Positions 8,959-20,100 of a stretch of DNA of 31,063 nt are shown here, in pieces. Position numbers and translations under genes: made by a program. Each line of letters opens with the position of its first letter. Position 1 is the stretch's first letter. Below the pieces are notes generated by a model. That model saw only the letters and a program-made list of their open reading frames with translations. It was not told the DNA's origin and searched no databases. The stretch is from a virus (taxonomy: Duplodnaviria; Caudoviricetes). The stretch is from IMG/VR virus record IMGVR_UViG_3300031999_000139, positions 1-31,063 of that record, one strand, 5' to 3'.

Positions 8959-11900
8959 TAGGACATATCAACAGGGATCACAAAGCGTTGCAAGGGCTGT
9001 GAGTCTAGGAAACGTAGAGCTTTCTCCAAAGACTTCTCCTCGCTTATGGATTCTATCAACCGCCGCATGGCCGCATTGATACGCTTACGCTCCTCACCTT
9101 GAGGGTATATCTGGCATTCCCGCTTGGTGCCGTCTTTCTGCGTCCAGGTTCTTCCCGTGGGATATTTGGACTGAGTGCCAGACACGAGATAGCTGGACTT
9201 TCGCCCCTCCTCGGTCAACGTATCCTCGATGAAAGATTCGAATGCCCTAGCGAACATCTCATGCCCACGAGTCCAATAGTTGTCTTCTGCTTTACTGAAT
9301 GACGAGGCATCCTGATAGAACTCAGAGTGATGGTTCTCAGCCATCGCCCGATGCGCTTCAGTGATCTGCTTATTCTCCGCAGGGGTCGCCCGTCGCCTCT
9401 CTGCGTTCAGTTGTTTAATCAAAGCATTGGCCTCGGTTAGCTTCTTTTGTGCCTCTGGATTCTTGGACCGGATAGCTGCCATCACGTCTGCGTAGGCATC
9501 CTTCACCCGTGGTGAAATTCCCTCGGTAGCCCCATTAGACACCATGCGGCCAGCCTGAGTGCTAGTTGGGTCATGTGACACGGACAACAGATTGTCCATG
9601 GCATGCGCCCATTCGTGCGCGAGGCATCCACCACCCGCAATCTTAGTGATGTTGATGATCGCTTTTCCACTCTCATAATGAGCTGCGAATTTGCCGATAC
9701 CACGAGCCCCGATACCAATAGACAACCGACCATTCAAACTCACACGTTTTACGTCCACGCCCAAAATATCAGCGAGGTCCGAGAAAGCGCCATAAGCACC
9801 CTTGAGGTGCGAGTAAGCGTCCTTGTCGGTCACCCAATGACCAAACTGAACATTCTTTAACCCAAAATCTTTGGCCAGCTCTTGGGGTGTGATGTCCCCC
9901 ACCGGCTTTCCACCTTTTCGATCAATCTCGCCAGGCACGTCACGTTCCCATTTGAAGGGGGCTTCTCTGGGCTTGCTCGCCGTTCTCTTGACGCCTAACC
10001 GCTCGTGCAAAGCCTTGACCCTATCCTCTTGGCTAAGCTTGTCCTGTGCCCATCTCTCAGTGGCGCCAAGGGCATCTCGAAAAACCTTGGGGCCATGATG
10101 CTTAGGAGAAGAGTGCCCCACGATACCCACGAAGGTTTTGCCAAATCCAGCCGCCATGCGGACATAGGCGTTATTTTCGTTCACTTTGGATTCTAGGTTT
10201 GGATCTCTGGCGAATACTGTGATCGCCCCATCATTCCCATAGCTAACATCCAAGTGCTCATCTACTTTCAATGCTCTAGCGATAACCTGATTGAGCGGCA
10301 TAAAACGATACTCATCTCCACCTCGTGCCTCAAAAGCATCTTTAAGGGCACGCACCTTTTCATCTACAGCTTTCCATTCGGGAGAATCGTACTTCCAACC
10401 TTTTCCATACTTGGAATCAGAAATCTCCTCGATCTCGGCCAAAGCCTTTTTTCGCTCAGCGTAAGGCATCGTGAGCTTTTTACCTTGAGACACCAAATAG
10501 TCGTCATAAGCTTGGCCCACTTCATCGGCACTGAGAGTCTTAATACGCCGCTGACCCTGAATTAAGTGGTGCCAGTCCTCAATGAAATCCATGATGTCTT
10601 GTTTAGTTTTGCATTGGTCTATGGACTTGGCGAAAAAGTCCATGCCCTCGAGATAGTAACGCCTAGCCTTCCCTTCGTTTGCGGGTTTTTCAATAATGCA
10701 TTTCTCCATGGCATTCCGTAACAACACTACCTCTGGCTCCATGCCACGATCCAAAAGCTCTTGAGGTTCCCAAGTGGGCATGAGATTTTTCTTGGTAACT
10801 GCCCGCGCTTGATCCTCAGGGTTCATGTGCTCCAAATCAGTAACAGTAAGCGCTTGTGCTTTCTCCCATCGCGTTCCCGTGACATGGGTGCCCACGTCCA
10901 CCGCTAGTTCTTTGCGTCCGGTCTTAGCCTTCGTTGCTGGTTTCGTTTCCACTGTCATTTCCTGCACAGGTTTCGGATGTGCCGCGAAAGCTAAGTCCCG
11001 CTGAGTAGGTTTCTCTGTAACCTTCGCCACCATTTTCGGAGGTTCAGGTTTCTCTGTAACAGCCGGTTTCGTTTCCGGTTCAAAACCTATTTGTTTGGCC
11101 AAACGATCCATCTGCTCTGGCAGTAAAGAGATCCAACGGTTTCGACCTTCAGCCAATTGCAATTTACCGTTAGCCGTCAGTCTCAGGTTTTCAGGATGCC
11201 TGTAAGTCGTAGAGCGCAAATGAGTAGTAAGCGTAATCTCCCCACCGTTTTTGACGTGCTCTAGCACTTTTTCTGAAATCGCTTTATCCCGTATGTTGCG
11301 CTCCTGCTTGTACTGTTCATATCCCGCATCGGATTCCTTTTTTGCCGCATCCATTTTTGCTTCATGCTCGTCATAATCAAACTTTTCAGGCGTAGCGGTC
11401 TTCTCAGGCACCGTCGCGACCAGCTTCGGGCCTTTCTTCTCAATTGCCCGGTCAATGATACGCGCTAAGCGCATTGCCGCTACAGGCACGGCTTCACCGC
11501 TAGCATCTAGCTTGGCCAAATACTCTTCTTGCTGTTTTTTGATACTAGCCAAGTCTTCATGCGACAAATGCGTCAACTCCGTCACCTTATCCTCTAGCTC
11601 CTCTTTGGGAATAAGCGTTGACGGTTGGTTGGGCTCCCAGTGTTGCGTGTGCTGCGGATCTGCCCACAAACCACCTCTAGGACCAACGTAAGGACCACCC
11701 GCCTTTTCGAGCAGATCGAGGTACCGCACCTTACTCGGGATGATCACGAAGATATTGGGCGTCATGGCTTTGTAGATGTCATTGGTTGTTGCATTGAAAG
11801 TACCCTCGTTGCCTACGGCTTTGATCTGATTCGGCGCCCATGCAATCCAAACTTTGTGGGCATGCGTCCCTACGTTCCAGCCGCCCGTGTGCGCTATCCC

Positions 11901-14900
11901 ATCGTAACCGCGCTTCTGCGCCCAATCCTTGAACCCTTGTTTTTCGGTGTTGTAGTAATGCCCATCGGTCATGATGTAATGCACGTCACCCCAAGTGAGA
12001 GCATCCGGACTCGACAAATGCACTATGCCATGGTCTGGCGTACCGTCTTTCTTGGGTTCTGCAAACAGTAAATGCTGTTTGGCTTTCAAGAAATCCTCAT
12101 AAGAGAAATCCTTGCTGTACTCATCATGTCCCATCTTTCGAATACCCGATAGGTCATTGAGGTTCTTAGTGTAGAACGGCACTGAATCCTTATGCTCCCA
12201 CTTCTCTGGTATCGGTTTTTGGTCCCCAAGATATTGTGGGCGGTAGCGGTCCTTTTGGCGCTCCTGCATGTACCCTGCTAAGTCTCGGAAATCCGCTTTC
12301 GAGATAGGCGTATCCATGTCAATCGGTTTGCGCACGTTCAGATAGCACTCAAACACTTGAGGTGGCGTAACCGCTGGTTTGAAATCGCCTACCTTGTCCT
12401 TAGCCAATCGCGTCATGAGCGCTCGCAATCCCGCAGGCGAGCCATGGTGCATGTACTTCTCAGGTTGCCCCTTGGCATCCAAAATAGGACCGCTAGGACT
12501 TCTGTACTCCTGCAAAAACTTAGCGACGTTCACGCCTTGAGGTTCCATCGCTCGTTTGAGCGCAGCCGCCATGTATGATCGGTCTCTATCCGTATAGGCT
12601 TGATCCTCAGCTACAGCCCCATACCCCGGTGTACTCGCGATTACTTTCGTAGCCCATTTAGCCGGTAGGTGCGTTATCTCCTTGCCTGCGGCATCTGTAA
12701 TACCGTGCATCGAATTCCATTTGGCATCGTCACTTTGTTTTTCGGTATACTCTTTCGCGATCCCCGTATCCTCTGTGAAGTAGAACCCCTCACCGAAAAT
12801 GTTGTAGGTACTGACCTTGGCTGGGTCAAATGCCGTGAAGCCCCCTACGGCCGTACCATGATAAACCGGCATAGGTGCCATGTTGTGTTGCTCAGCCGGT
12901 TCACCCTTAGCGTTGACCACTTTGCTGGCATGCTGGGGGTCTTTCTCGTAATCCCCAAACCAACCGCGGAAGGACTTAGCCTTGATCCCCTGCTTTTGGT
13001 AGGCTTCCTTCGGATCGTCTTCCTCAGCCTCGGCATTGAGCCCAAAATCAAACGAGGTATCTAGGTCGCCTTCGATCTGTTCTGGATCAAAGGTTGCGTC
13101 CTCATCTGCTAGCTTAGCAATATGGTCCTGTAGCTTGGCTTCCTCATGCTCCCCACCTAGCTCAGCCGCGTAACTGGCATCTGCCTCAGCTTGCGCCCTC
13201 ACGTTGATCGCTATTTCCGCGTCTTCTGGTAAATGCAGCTTGATCCCGTGGTCTGTGAACCACTCTTGGAAGGTTTGGATCGCTTTCCTACTGTTGGTTC
13301 CATCCCAACGCTTATCCCTGGACACCAAACGGTCCCAAGCTTCTGCCGGCGACGATACTCGCGGATCTGGTGCGGCTTTACCTAACCGTCGCTTAGGCTC
13401 TACCAACCCCAGCGCTTGATTCAAATGGTCCAAGTCACCACCCGTATGCGCGGAAGGTTTCGGGCCCCTACCCGCTTTCCACGCTCGATAAGCGCTATCA
13501 GCTTTGTGGAATTGGTCTAGGAAATTCTCGTTGACCTCATGGGCTCCCTTGAGAGCACTGTAGGCTTGTTCCTTAGACCCAAAAAACGCACCCTTGGCTT
13601 TCCTTGGCCCCTTGACCTTGGGCAGTACCAGCACTGGCGTAGACGCTTTGTTCTCAGCATCGGCCGGCACATGGAAACGGTTATCCGGGTCTTTCAGCGC
13701 CGCTGCGCTCGCCTGTAGCGCTTTGTATTGGGTCGCCAATGACCTATGCAATGCCGCGGCTTCCCTGTGCATATCTGCCTGAGGTACGCCCATATCCGCG
13801 GCTTGCTGGTTTGCTTCGGCCGCTGCCAAATGGTTTTCAACGGAAGGTTCAACGCCAGTGAGTACCGTAAGATTGTTAGCGCGTTTGACTGCTAGGCGTT
13901 CAGGGGTTTTGATCTCGTAACGGTCCTCATGCTCTTTCAATGCGTTGCGTGCGTTCTCTCTCTGTACGTCGTTACCGTGGATCTTCGCCATAGCAAACGT
14001 ATGCTTGAGCCTGGTGTGCGCCTCGTCGATAGCCGCTTTGTGCTCCTCAGAAAACATCTCGTGCAAGTGCTCTTGCTTTACGCTCATCCGCTGGCCGGTC
14101 TCGTCATGTCTTACGGTCGCATAGCCATTCGGATGTACCTTTTCAACTTCGTAGTGCCCAACCTTCCCGTCATGCGTTATCTTGATCTTCTCACCTTCGG
14201 CTACAGGCTTGCCCATGTACTTGTTGGTGACTTTGTAGATGTAGTACCAACGCGGGCTTGCCTTGCCCGATGGGTAGCGCCGTAGGTACTTGTGCATAGC
14301 CCCTTTGATTAGGTCCACGGCACGATCAAACTCGAAAGCATCCGTAAGCCTACCGGACCAACTCATGCACAGGTCAAAGTCATCTGCGGAGATCACATGC
14401 AATTCATCGTGCATGCTTTTCGAGAAATCGGGTTCCCAAGGTTTCCTATGAGCTAACATTTCTGAAGGTGCTCCCTGATAAGAATTGTAGTGGGCTTCAC
14501 GCTTAAAGCGATCCCACAACAAATCCTCTGCGGCTTTCAATGCCTGTCTAGCAACCGTTTCTCTTGGGGTTTTCAGGTCTTTTGGAAAAGGCCAACTCTC
14601 TGGGATCTTCGCTTCTTTAACCTGTGTTGCTATTTTATCCGTTAGCCATTTCCGCATCACGGCTTTGACTTCGTACTCCGCTACACCAGACGAATGCTCG
14701 CCCACGTTCACCGCGTTATCCGTGCCCTTGAATCCCCACTTCAACCGTGGGTGTTGCACTTCCTTACGTGTATCCCCCGCGTAGCTCACATGATGATCAT
14801 GTCCAATAAAATACGAGGCTTCAGGAAACTTAGCTTCCACAACCAACTTTTCTTTGATCTGGGCTACCCAATCATCTAGTTTCTTGCGGGCTTCACCCAA

Positions 14901-15311
14901 CACTTTTTGCTTGGCTTCTTTCTCCGCTTGCTTAATCGAATCGTCGTCTAGGTTATGCGTGCCCCCTGCCATGCCTGGTCCACAACCGCTACCTACGCAT
15001 GCTTGCTTCCCTGTCTTTTGGTGTTCCATTTTGTAGACAATGGCATGCTCTTTACCACAACGATCACAAGTGGCACCCTCACCAGTCGCTAGGGCTATGC
15101 GCTTGCCCGTGTACCAGTCGATAGGTCGCAGATCCTTTACGCTATGGATCTTCCATTCCGGTTCTTTCGGAGCCTCATGCTTAGGTGTTTCATCCGCGTA
15201 CTCATAATCGTAGCCGCCACCGGCTTTCGCTTTACGGCTAAGGTACTTGTGGCCCGGTCGCTCGGCACCCCATGTGCTCTTTCTCAAATTCTCTGGAATG
15301 ACGTAACGCAT
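8958..15311 (-). CDS. Large polyvalent protein: Zn-binding module, ART-PolyVal-like ADP-ribosyltransferase and LPD1 (zincin-like) region
   Basis: 2117 aa. ART motifs FRGWFGD..SKVV, VYHGT, GFYFT, YLNVRKP, GYDG and NQIKAVGNEGTF (about 11770-12980). LPD1-type motifs VQFGHWV, AFSDLADILG, GARG, AAHYE, LAHEWAHAMD, EMFARAFE and YPQGEER (about 9040-9900). CDRC...CVGSGC near the N-terminus. Confidence 0.85.
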   Translation of the reverse strand: MRYVIPENLRKSTWGAERPGHKYLSRKAKAGGGYDYEYADETPKHEAPKEPEWKIHSVKDLRPIDWYTGKRIALATGEGATCDRCGKEHAIVYKMEHQKTGKQACVGSGCGPGMAGGTHNLDDDSIKQAEKEAKQKVLGEARKKLDDWVAQIKEKLVVEAKFPEASYFIGHDHHVSYAGDTRKEVQHPRLKWGFKGTDNAVNVGEHSSGVAEYEVKAVMRKWLTDKIATQVKEAKIPESWPFPKDLKTPRETVARQALKAAEDLLWDRFKREAHYNSYQGAPSEMLAHRKPWEPDFSKSMHDELHVISADDFDLCMSWSGRLTDAFEFDRAVDLIKGAMHKYLRRYPSGKASPRWYYIYKVTNKYMGKPVAEGEKIKITHDGKVGHYEVEKVHPNGYATVRHDETGQRMSVKQEHLHEMFSEEHKAAIDEAHTRLKHTFAMAKIHGNDVQRENARNALKEHEDRYEIKTPERLAVKRANNLTVLTGVEPSVENHLAAAEANQQAADMGVPQADMHREAAALHRSLATQYKALQASAAALKDPDNRFHVPADAENKASTPVLVLPKVKGPRKAKGAFFGSKEQAYSALKGAHEVNENFLDQFHKADSAYRAWKAGRGPKPSAHTGGDLDHLNQALGLVEPKRRLGKAAPDPRVSSPAEAWDRLVSRDKRWDGTNSRKAIQTFQEWFTDHGIKLHLPEDAEIAINVRAQAEADASYAAELGGEHEEAKLQDHIAKLADEDATFDPEQIEGDLDTSFDFGLNAEAEEDDPKEAYQKQGIKAKSFRGWFGDYEKDPQHASKVVNAKGEPAEQHNMAPMPVYHGTAVGGFTAFDPAKVSTYNIFGEGFYFTEDTGIAKEYTEKQSDDAKWNSMHGITDAAGKEITHLPAKWATKVIASTPGYGAVAEDQAYTDRDRSYMAAALKRAMEPQGVNVAKFLQEYRSPSGPILDAKGQPEKYMHHGSPAGLRALMTRLAKDKVGDFKPAVTPPQVFECYLNVRKPIDMDTPISKADFRDLAGYMQERQKDRYRPQYLGDQKPIPEKWEHKDSVPFYTKNLNDLSGIRKMGHDEYSKDFSYEDFLKAKQHLLFAEPKKDGTPDHGIVHLSSPDALTWGDVHYIMTDGHYYNTEKQGFKDWAQKRGYDGIAHTGGWNVGTHAHKVWIAWAPNQIKAVGNEGTFNATTNDIYKAMTPNIFVIIPSKVRYLDLLEKAGGPYVGPRGGLWADPQHTQHWEPNQPSTLIPKEELEDKVTELTHLSHEDLASIKKQQEEYLAKLDASGEAVPVAAMRLARIIDRAIEKKGPKLVATVPEKTATPEKFDYDEHEAKMDAAKKESDAGYEQYKQERNIRDKAISEKVLEHVKNGGEITLTTHLRSTTYRHPENLRLTANGKLQLAEGRNRWISLLPEQMDRLAKQIGFEPETKPAVTEKPEPPKMVAKVTEKPTQRDLAFAAHPKPVQEMTVETKPATKAKTGRKELAVDVGTHVTGTRWEKAQALTVTDLEHMNPEDQARAVTKKNLMPTWEPQELLDRGMEPEVVLLRNAMEKCIIEKPANEGKARRYYLEGMDFFAKSIDQCKTKQDIMDFIEDWHHLIQGQRRIKTLSADEVGQAYDDYLVSQGKKLTMPYAERKKALAEIEEISDSKYGKGWKYDSPEWKAVDEKVRALKDAFEARGGDEYRFMPLNQVIARALKVDEHLDVSYGNDGAITVFARDPNLESKVNENNAYVRMAAGFGKTFVGIVGHSSPKHHGPKVFRDALGATERWAQDKLSQEDRVKALHERLGVKRTASKPREAPFKWERDVPGEIDRKGGKPVGDITPQELAKDFGLKNVQFGHWVTDKDAYSHLKGAYGAFSDLADILGVDVKRVSLNGRLSIGIGARGIGKFAAHYESGKAIINITKIAGGGCLAHEWAHAMDNLLSVSHDPTSTQAGRMVSNGATEGISPRVKDAYADVMAAIRSKNPEAQKKLTEANALIKQLNAERRRATPAENKQITEAHRAMAENHHSEFYQDASSFSKAEDNYWTRGHEMFARAFESFIEDTLTEEGRKSSYLVSGTQSKYPTGRTWTQKDGTKRECQIYPQGEERKRINAAMRRLIESISEEKSLEKALRFLDSQPLQRFVIPVDMS

Positions 15312-15314
15312 TGC

Positions 15315-17096
15315 CTATCCCATCTTGATCGTGTTTTTCACAGCCGCGGTATTTTTCAGCCCCTCTTTGACGAGTTGCTTTTTCTTGGCTTCAATTGCAT
15401 CTTCATCCGCCAAAGTAGTCATAGCCGGCCAACCATCCGGCAAAACAATAGGCTTAGCCAACGTACCTTCAGGCAACGGCTCTTGGAATTCGTAATCTTC
15501 CTTGTTCTTACGCCCCTGAATATGCCGTTGCGCTAAGTTGTCCAACATCTCACGGGGTTGAATGTCCCAACCCTGCTCTTTCATCGTTGGCGGTTTGCCT
15601 CGCTTGGGTACGTTGAACAGGTAGTTGGCGCCTACGCCTGGACCTGGTGCCCGATGCCCTGCCATGGTCTCTACCATCTCAGCCGATACGTTACCCGTAG
15701 AGCTTAGCCCTGGTGCCGGCGTATCGCTCTTTTGCAAGGGGATCACAAACCGTGTTGCTGACTTCCCTTTTTTGAGCACGTTGCCGTCATGCTTGTTGCT
15801 CAAGTACGCCCATCGTTTGAAGTGGTCCAACGACATAGGGTCTACAGACAAATCGAACCCTGGCCGGTCATAGTGAAAACGATAAGCGGCTAGAGCCGCT
15901 TGCTCGTGAGGAAATCCAAGCATGATTTTGCTTTCATCGTAGATGCCTGTAGCCGGGTTCTGTTGCTGTACTACGTAAACCATCTGCGCTCTGGGATCTG
16001 GACCCAAGAATACGTCAAGCGCATCTCCGTCTATGCCGTCTGTATCTTCCACGTACCCATACGCGAAAAGAAGCGTGGTATCGCCCTCACTACCATCCGG
16101 AGCTTTCCAATGCCGGGTAGTGCCAGGCGCATTCTCGATAGCAATGGGCAATCCTTGGAAATCGACGTGACCTAAGCGCACGCTCTTAACCAAGTCCATT
16201 TCCTCAGTCATCGCTAATTCGAGATCCCCTTTGGCGCTATAGTCCACACCAAACTCTCCACCCGGTACTAGCTCACCTTGTTCATCGAAACCCCAACCAT
16301 CGGGAATACGAACAAGAGCACACTGGCAATGACAATGAGTTGACGGAATTACTGGCAACCAATCACGAGCCTTACGCCCATGATTTGTTCCATTACGCTC
16401 AAGCTGTGAAAGCTTGAAAATGCGGGGTTGGCCATCAGGCCCATTGTATAAGCGGGAGCAATGAGGGCAGCAGTCAGGCATGGATCTCTTAGCTACCCGA
16501 ACATCCCCACCAAACTTTTTCGCGTAATGGTCGGCTGTACCCCGCTGCATTGCGTTCTGAGTCTCTGTAATCGCGATCCTATCCCAATCCCTAGCCCAGT
16601 CTTTCGTTTCCCATCCCAACTTGCTTTTCAATTGCCGTGCTGATTCCCGCTTGGCTATGGATTCGGCTGTAGCCGTCCTAATCTTGTCCCGCATCTGCGC
16701 TTGTAGCTGGGTGTCTACGTTCAGCGCTGATTGCCCGGTAGCGAGGTCTACCCGCCTACCCAACCCTACCGCGTATTGCGCGGCCGTATGCTGTGCCACC
16801 TGTACCGCTCTCTGTTCTATGGGGCTCAAGGGTACGGGGTTTCTCCGCATGTAGAGTTTCAATTCTTCGTAACCCATTTTCGCTACCCGCGGATCGTCCA
16901 ACGCTGCTAATAGCTGGCCGTACACGTAAGCATCTTCGACACTGTTGATTTTGACGTTGATTAGACCCTTGGAACGTAGACGTTCCAAGGTCTCAGGGTC
17001 TACAGCGCTCGGATGTATGACGTTAGCTACAAACGCGCTGTGATGGTCTGCGATGATTTGCCGGATCTCATGGAGCTGTGCATCGGTAAGCAACAT
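15315..17096 (-). CDS. MuF-like head morphogenesis (minor head) protein fused to an inorganic pyrophosphatase-like domain
   Basis: MuF-type motifs WDRIAITE, CCPHC and HCHCQC, then GLPIAIEN, YGYVEDTDGIDGDALDVFLG and YDESKIMLGF typical of the InPase domain of polyvalent proteins. Confidence 0.85.
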   Translation of the reverse strand: MLLTDAQLHEIRQIIADHHSAFVANVIHPSAVDPETLERLRSKGLINVKINSVEDAYVYGQLLAALDDPRVAKMGYEELKLYMRRNPVPLSPIEQRAVQVAQHTAAQYAVGLGRRVDLATGQSALNVDTQLQAQMRDKIRTATAESIAKRESARQLKSKLGWETKDWARDWDRIAITETQNAMQRGTADHYAKKFGGDVRVAKRSMPDCCPHCSRLYNGPDGQPRIFKLSQLERNGTNHGRKARDWLPVIPSTHCHCQCALVRIPDGWGFDEQGELVPGGEFGVDYSAKGDLELAMTEEMDLVKSVRLGHVDFQGLPIAIENAPGTTRHWKAPDGSEGDTTLLFAYGYVEDTDGIDGDALDVFLGPDPRAQMVYVVQQQNPATGIYDESKIMLGFPHEQAALAAYRFHYDRPGFDLSVDPMSLDHFKRWAYLSNKHDGNVLKKGKSATRFVIPLQKSDTPAPGLSSTGNVSAEMVETMAGHRAPGPGVGANYLFNVPKRGKPPTMKEQGWDIQPREMLDNLAQRHIQGRKNKEDYEFQEPLPEGTLAKPIVLPDGWPAMTTLADEDAIEAKKKQLVKEGLKNTAAVKNTIKMG

Positions 17097-17115
17097 GGCC
17101 GCATCTTACACGGAT

Positions 17116-20100
17116 TTAACGTGAACGCACCATGCCCAACAGTTCATTCACGCTCTTACCGTACAGCACACCATTGCGCTCAAAGTCCCTAGCCTCATAG
17201 CCACGCTTGATCAACGCTTCCTTCATCCTTCGATAGGCAATGCTCTCACGGTCAATGATGTCCTGCACAGGGTCTACGGGTAACGCTTTGATCAAGGGTA
17301 GCTGACCTGGCAAAGGCTTGTTTTCAGGTGCGGGCTTCTGAGGTACGGGTTTAGGCGGTACGGCGAACATCTCTCGCTGTTTCGGCTTACCGGCGACCAC
17401 CTTTTGTGGATTGAATAGCCCACGTTGCCCAGGCAAAGGCGCTTCCTCTGGGTTCTGTTTCACTTTGACCGGCGTACGGATTTTGTGCTTGGGCTTCTCT
17501 GTACTTGTAGGTGTAAGGGTCAATCTATCCTTGGGCTTTGTTCCTGCGACCGTATTCCAAAAGGCTGTTTCCTCATCATGTTGTTTTTTGATTTTGGCCA
17601 ACGCTACATCTAGGCCAATGCCCTTAGGAATTGTGGCTTTCGCTTCAGCTTCCAATTTCTTGGTAGCCATGCCCAAATGGTGCTTCGCGAAGTCGTGTTT
17701 CTTGTCCCGCATCCACTCTAGTGATCTCGCTTGATAATGCTCCCAATGTCTTTGCCCTTCGGAAAAGTCGCGTCTAACGAATTCTTGCCCATGCTTCTGA
17801 TACAAGAAACGCAAGCGTGCCATATCGTCAGAAGCGCCTGAATCCCTATTCTTAGGATCGCCGGCATTCTTAGCCGCCTTACCCACGTCAAACATCACCA
17901 CGTTTCCGTTGGCATCTAGGCCGGCTTGAGGCTCATCGTTCAGCGCATACCCCTTTTTGTGCATCCCAATTAGGGAATCCTGCACAGCGTCTAATTGCTC
18001 ACGGGTAAATTTCTCTGGGATCTCTACCCAAGGCTTGATCTGGAATCCCTTATCCCCGTGTTTTACAAATTCGGATCTCTGTATTCCAGGCACACCGGCA
18101 TCGGCTAGCTCGTTACCGATAGCCACTTGCTTTTGAAGCATCGTAGCCGCTTCCTCTGGACTACGGTGCCCCGGATTCTCTGGCTGGTAGGGAACGGTCG
18201 TGGACACCTTCACAACCTTATCCCCGTGCTTAAAGGCCATGCCGTCATCGCCTTTGCCTAAAAACTTGGCCTTTCCAGAAGTTACCGCGTCAATGTCTGG
18301 GTTGCCGCTCGGTGGGAGATCAACCCTACCAGCCAAATCATTCTGGAAATGTTTGAGGCTCGCTTTGGGCATCCAAGGTCCGTAATCAGAACCCTCATGC
18401 CGGCCAACCTGTACCTTATCCCCTTCAGTTTTGAGCACTCTGTATGTGCTCTTATCCTCTTCCCTTCCAGAAATGGCCGGATGCACCGTTACGGCTAGGG
18501 TATCCCCTACTTTGGGTTCTCCCTGTACGCCAGCACCCGTAGGCTGTTTCAATCCCTCGATAACCCGATTGACTGCCGCGTTTACATCGTAATGTGCTGG
18601 GCCTTGGCGTTCCAGGGCTTGGCGTATTGTGACTTCTGCCGTTTTCGGATCTTCCGCTAACAGTTCTCTGTACTCGTTAGCGTACTCGTGCATTTGATCC
18701 AAAGCCCTAGCTACCCGCTGTTCCGTTGCTCGGTCATTCAGAATCGGAGTCAGTTCATAGCTGGCAATCTCGTCTGGCGTTAAAGGACGGTCATAAACAG
18801 CTTGACCATGCCGAAAGGCTTCGTGGGGTTCGTGGGTTGCCCCTTTGGGCACATTCGCGTGACTCACCGGGCGTAAATGCGCTCCATAGCGAAAGACACC
18901 GTTATGCGAGGCATCCCCAGATTCTTCCCAAGAAATCGTATGTGCGGCATCCGCCCACTTTCCACCCCGCGGACCAATGAAAGGGCCACCTTGCGCTTTG
19001 GAAAGGCTATCCAAAGATTTCTCTACGCCTTGTTGGGGAGCTGCGCTTGCTGCGCCGCTGCTTTCTTCGCTTCCCGCTTCGCTCGTGCCTCGTGGTACAT
19101 CTTCACCCAAGTCTCTACCAACATCGAATACGGAATAGCCGGCTTCCCTGAGTCTTTCAATCTCTCTGTGACCGTCTTCTGCTTCCCAGGTGACTGGTGT
19201 TTGGACATCGCCTTGCTCCTCTTTTGCTTTGGGAAGGTTGACCCTATCTGCTTCATCCAACGTCCTTCCTACCCCATGCGCAAAATGTAATCCGTTCTGA
19301 ATAACCACTTTACCATTAGGCATATCTTTAATCAAGATGGTCTTGTCTGTCAAGTCTTTCAGATCGGAAAACATTTCTTGGAGCTTTTCAGGATCTTCAT
19401 GGTGGGCCATGAATTCATCGCCATGAGGATGAGCGGCATGTACGGAATGACCATCCACCTTGGTCAACAATTCGCTGAATTTCCGCAAGATCGAATCTGT
19501 ATCCTTTTTGCCAAACGCATCGTTGAATGCTTTGACGCCACGCAAATCAGCCGAGGCTACGTAATGACCGGGGTTCAATGCCAACGATTTCTTGAACCCG
19601 TCATCGCTCAAAAGCCCGCTGCTTTTCTCTTGGTGGATTGTCTGGAAAGCTTCTTCGGGATCAAGCTTGGCGAATTGCGCGTGATGCTCAGTAGTTAATT
19701 CTACACCTTTGCCTGGGCCCATTGACTGCATCCGTGCGGCTATGGGTTGCATAGCTTCATGGGCTCGTGCCTTATCGGTACCCAAAGCCGCGGGGTGTTG
19801 CATACGGTGTCCCAAACGTCCCGCTTCTACCTCAGCATCCTTGTGCGCTTTATGCGCGTTGCCTAGTTTTTCCAGAGTAGCTGCGGTATCTGGACCGTGC
19901 TTTACGGCTGTAGCCGTCACTTTGACCCTACCACTAGGGTCAATCGCTAGGCTCATACGCTCAGCGATTTGATCTGCATGCGCTTGGTCCCGTACGTCGC
20001 CTTCGATATCGCCAGCCCTCTTTATCCCATCTGGAATATGCTGGCTCAGCTCATTGCCCATAAGCCTGAGAGCGCCATCCGGGGCCTCGTGGCCAAATTT

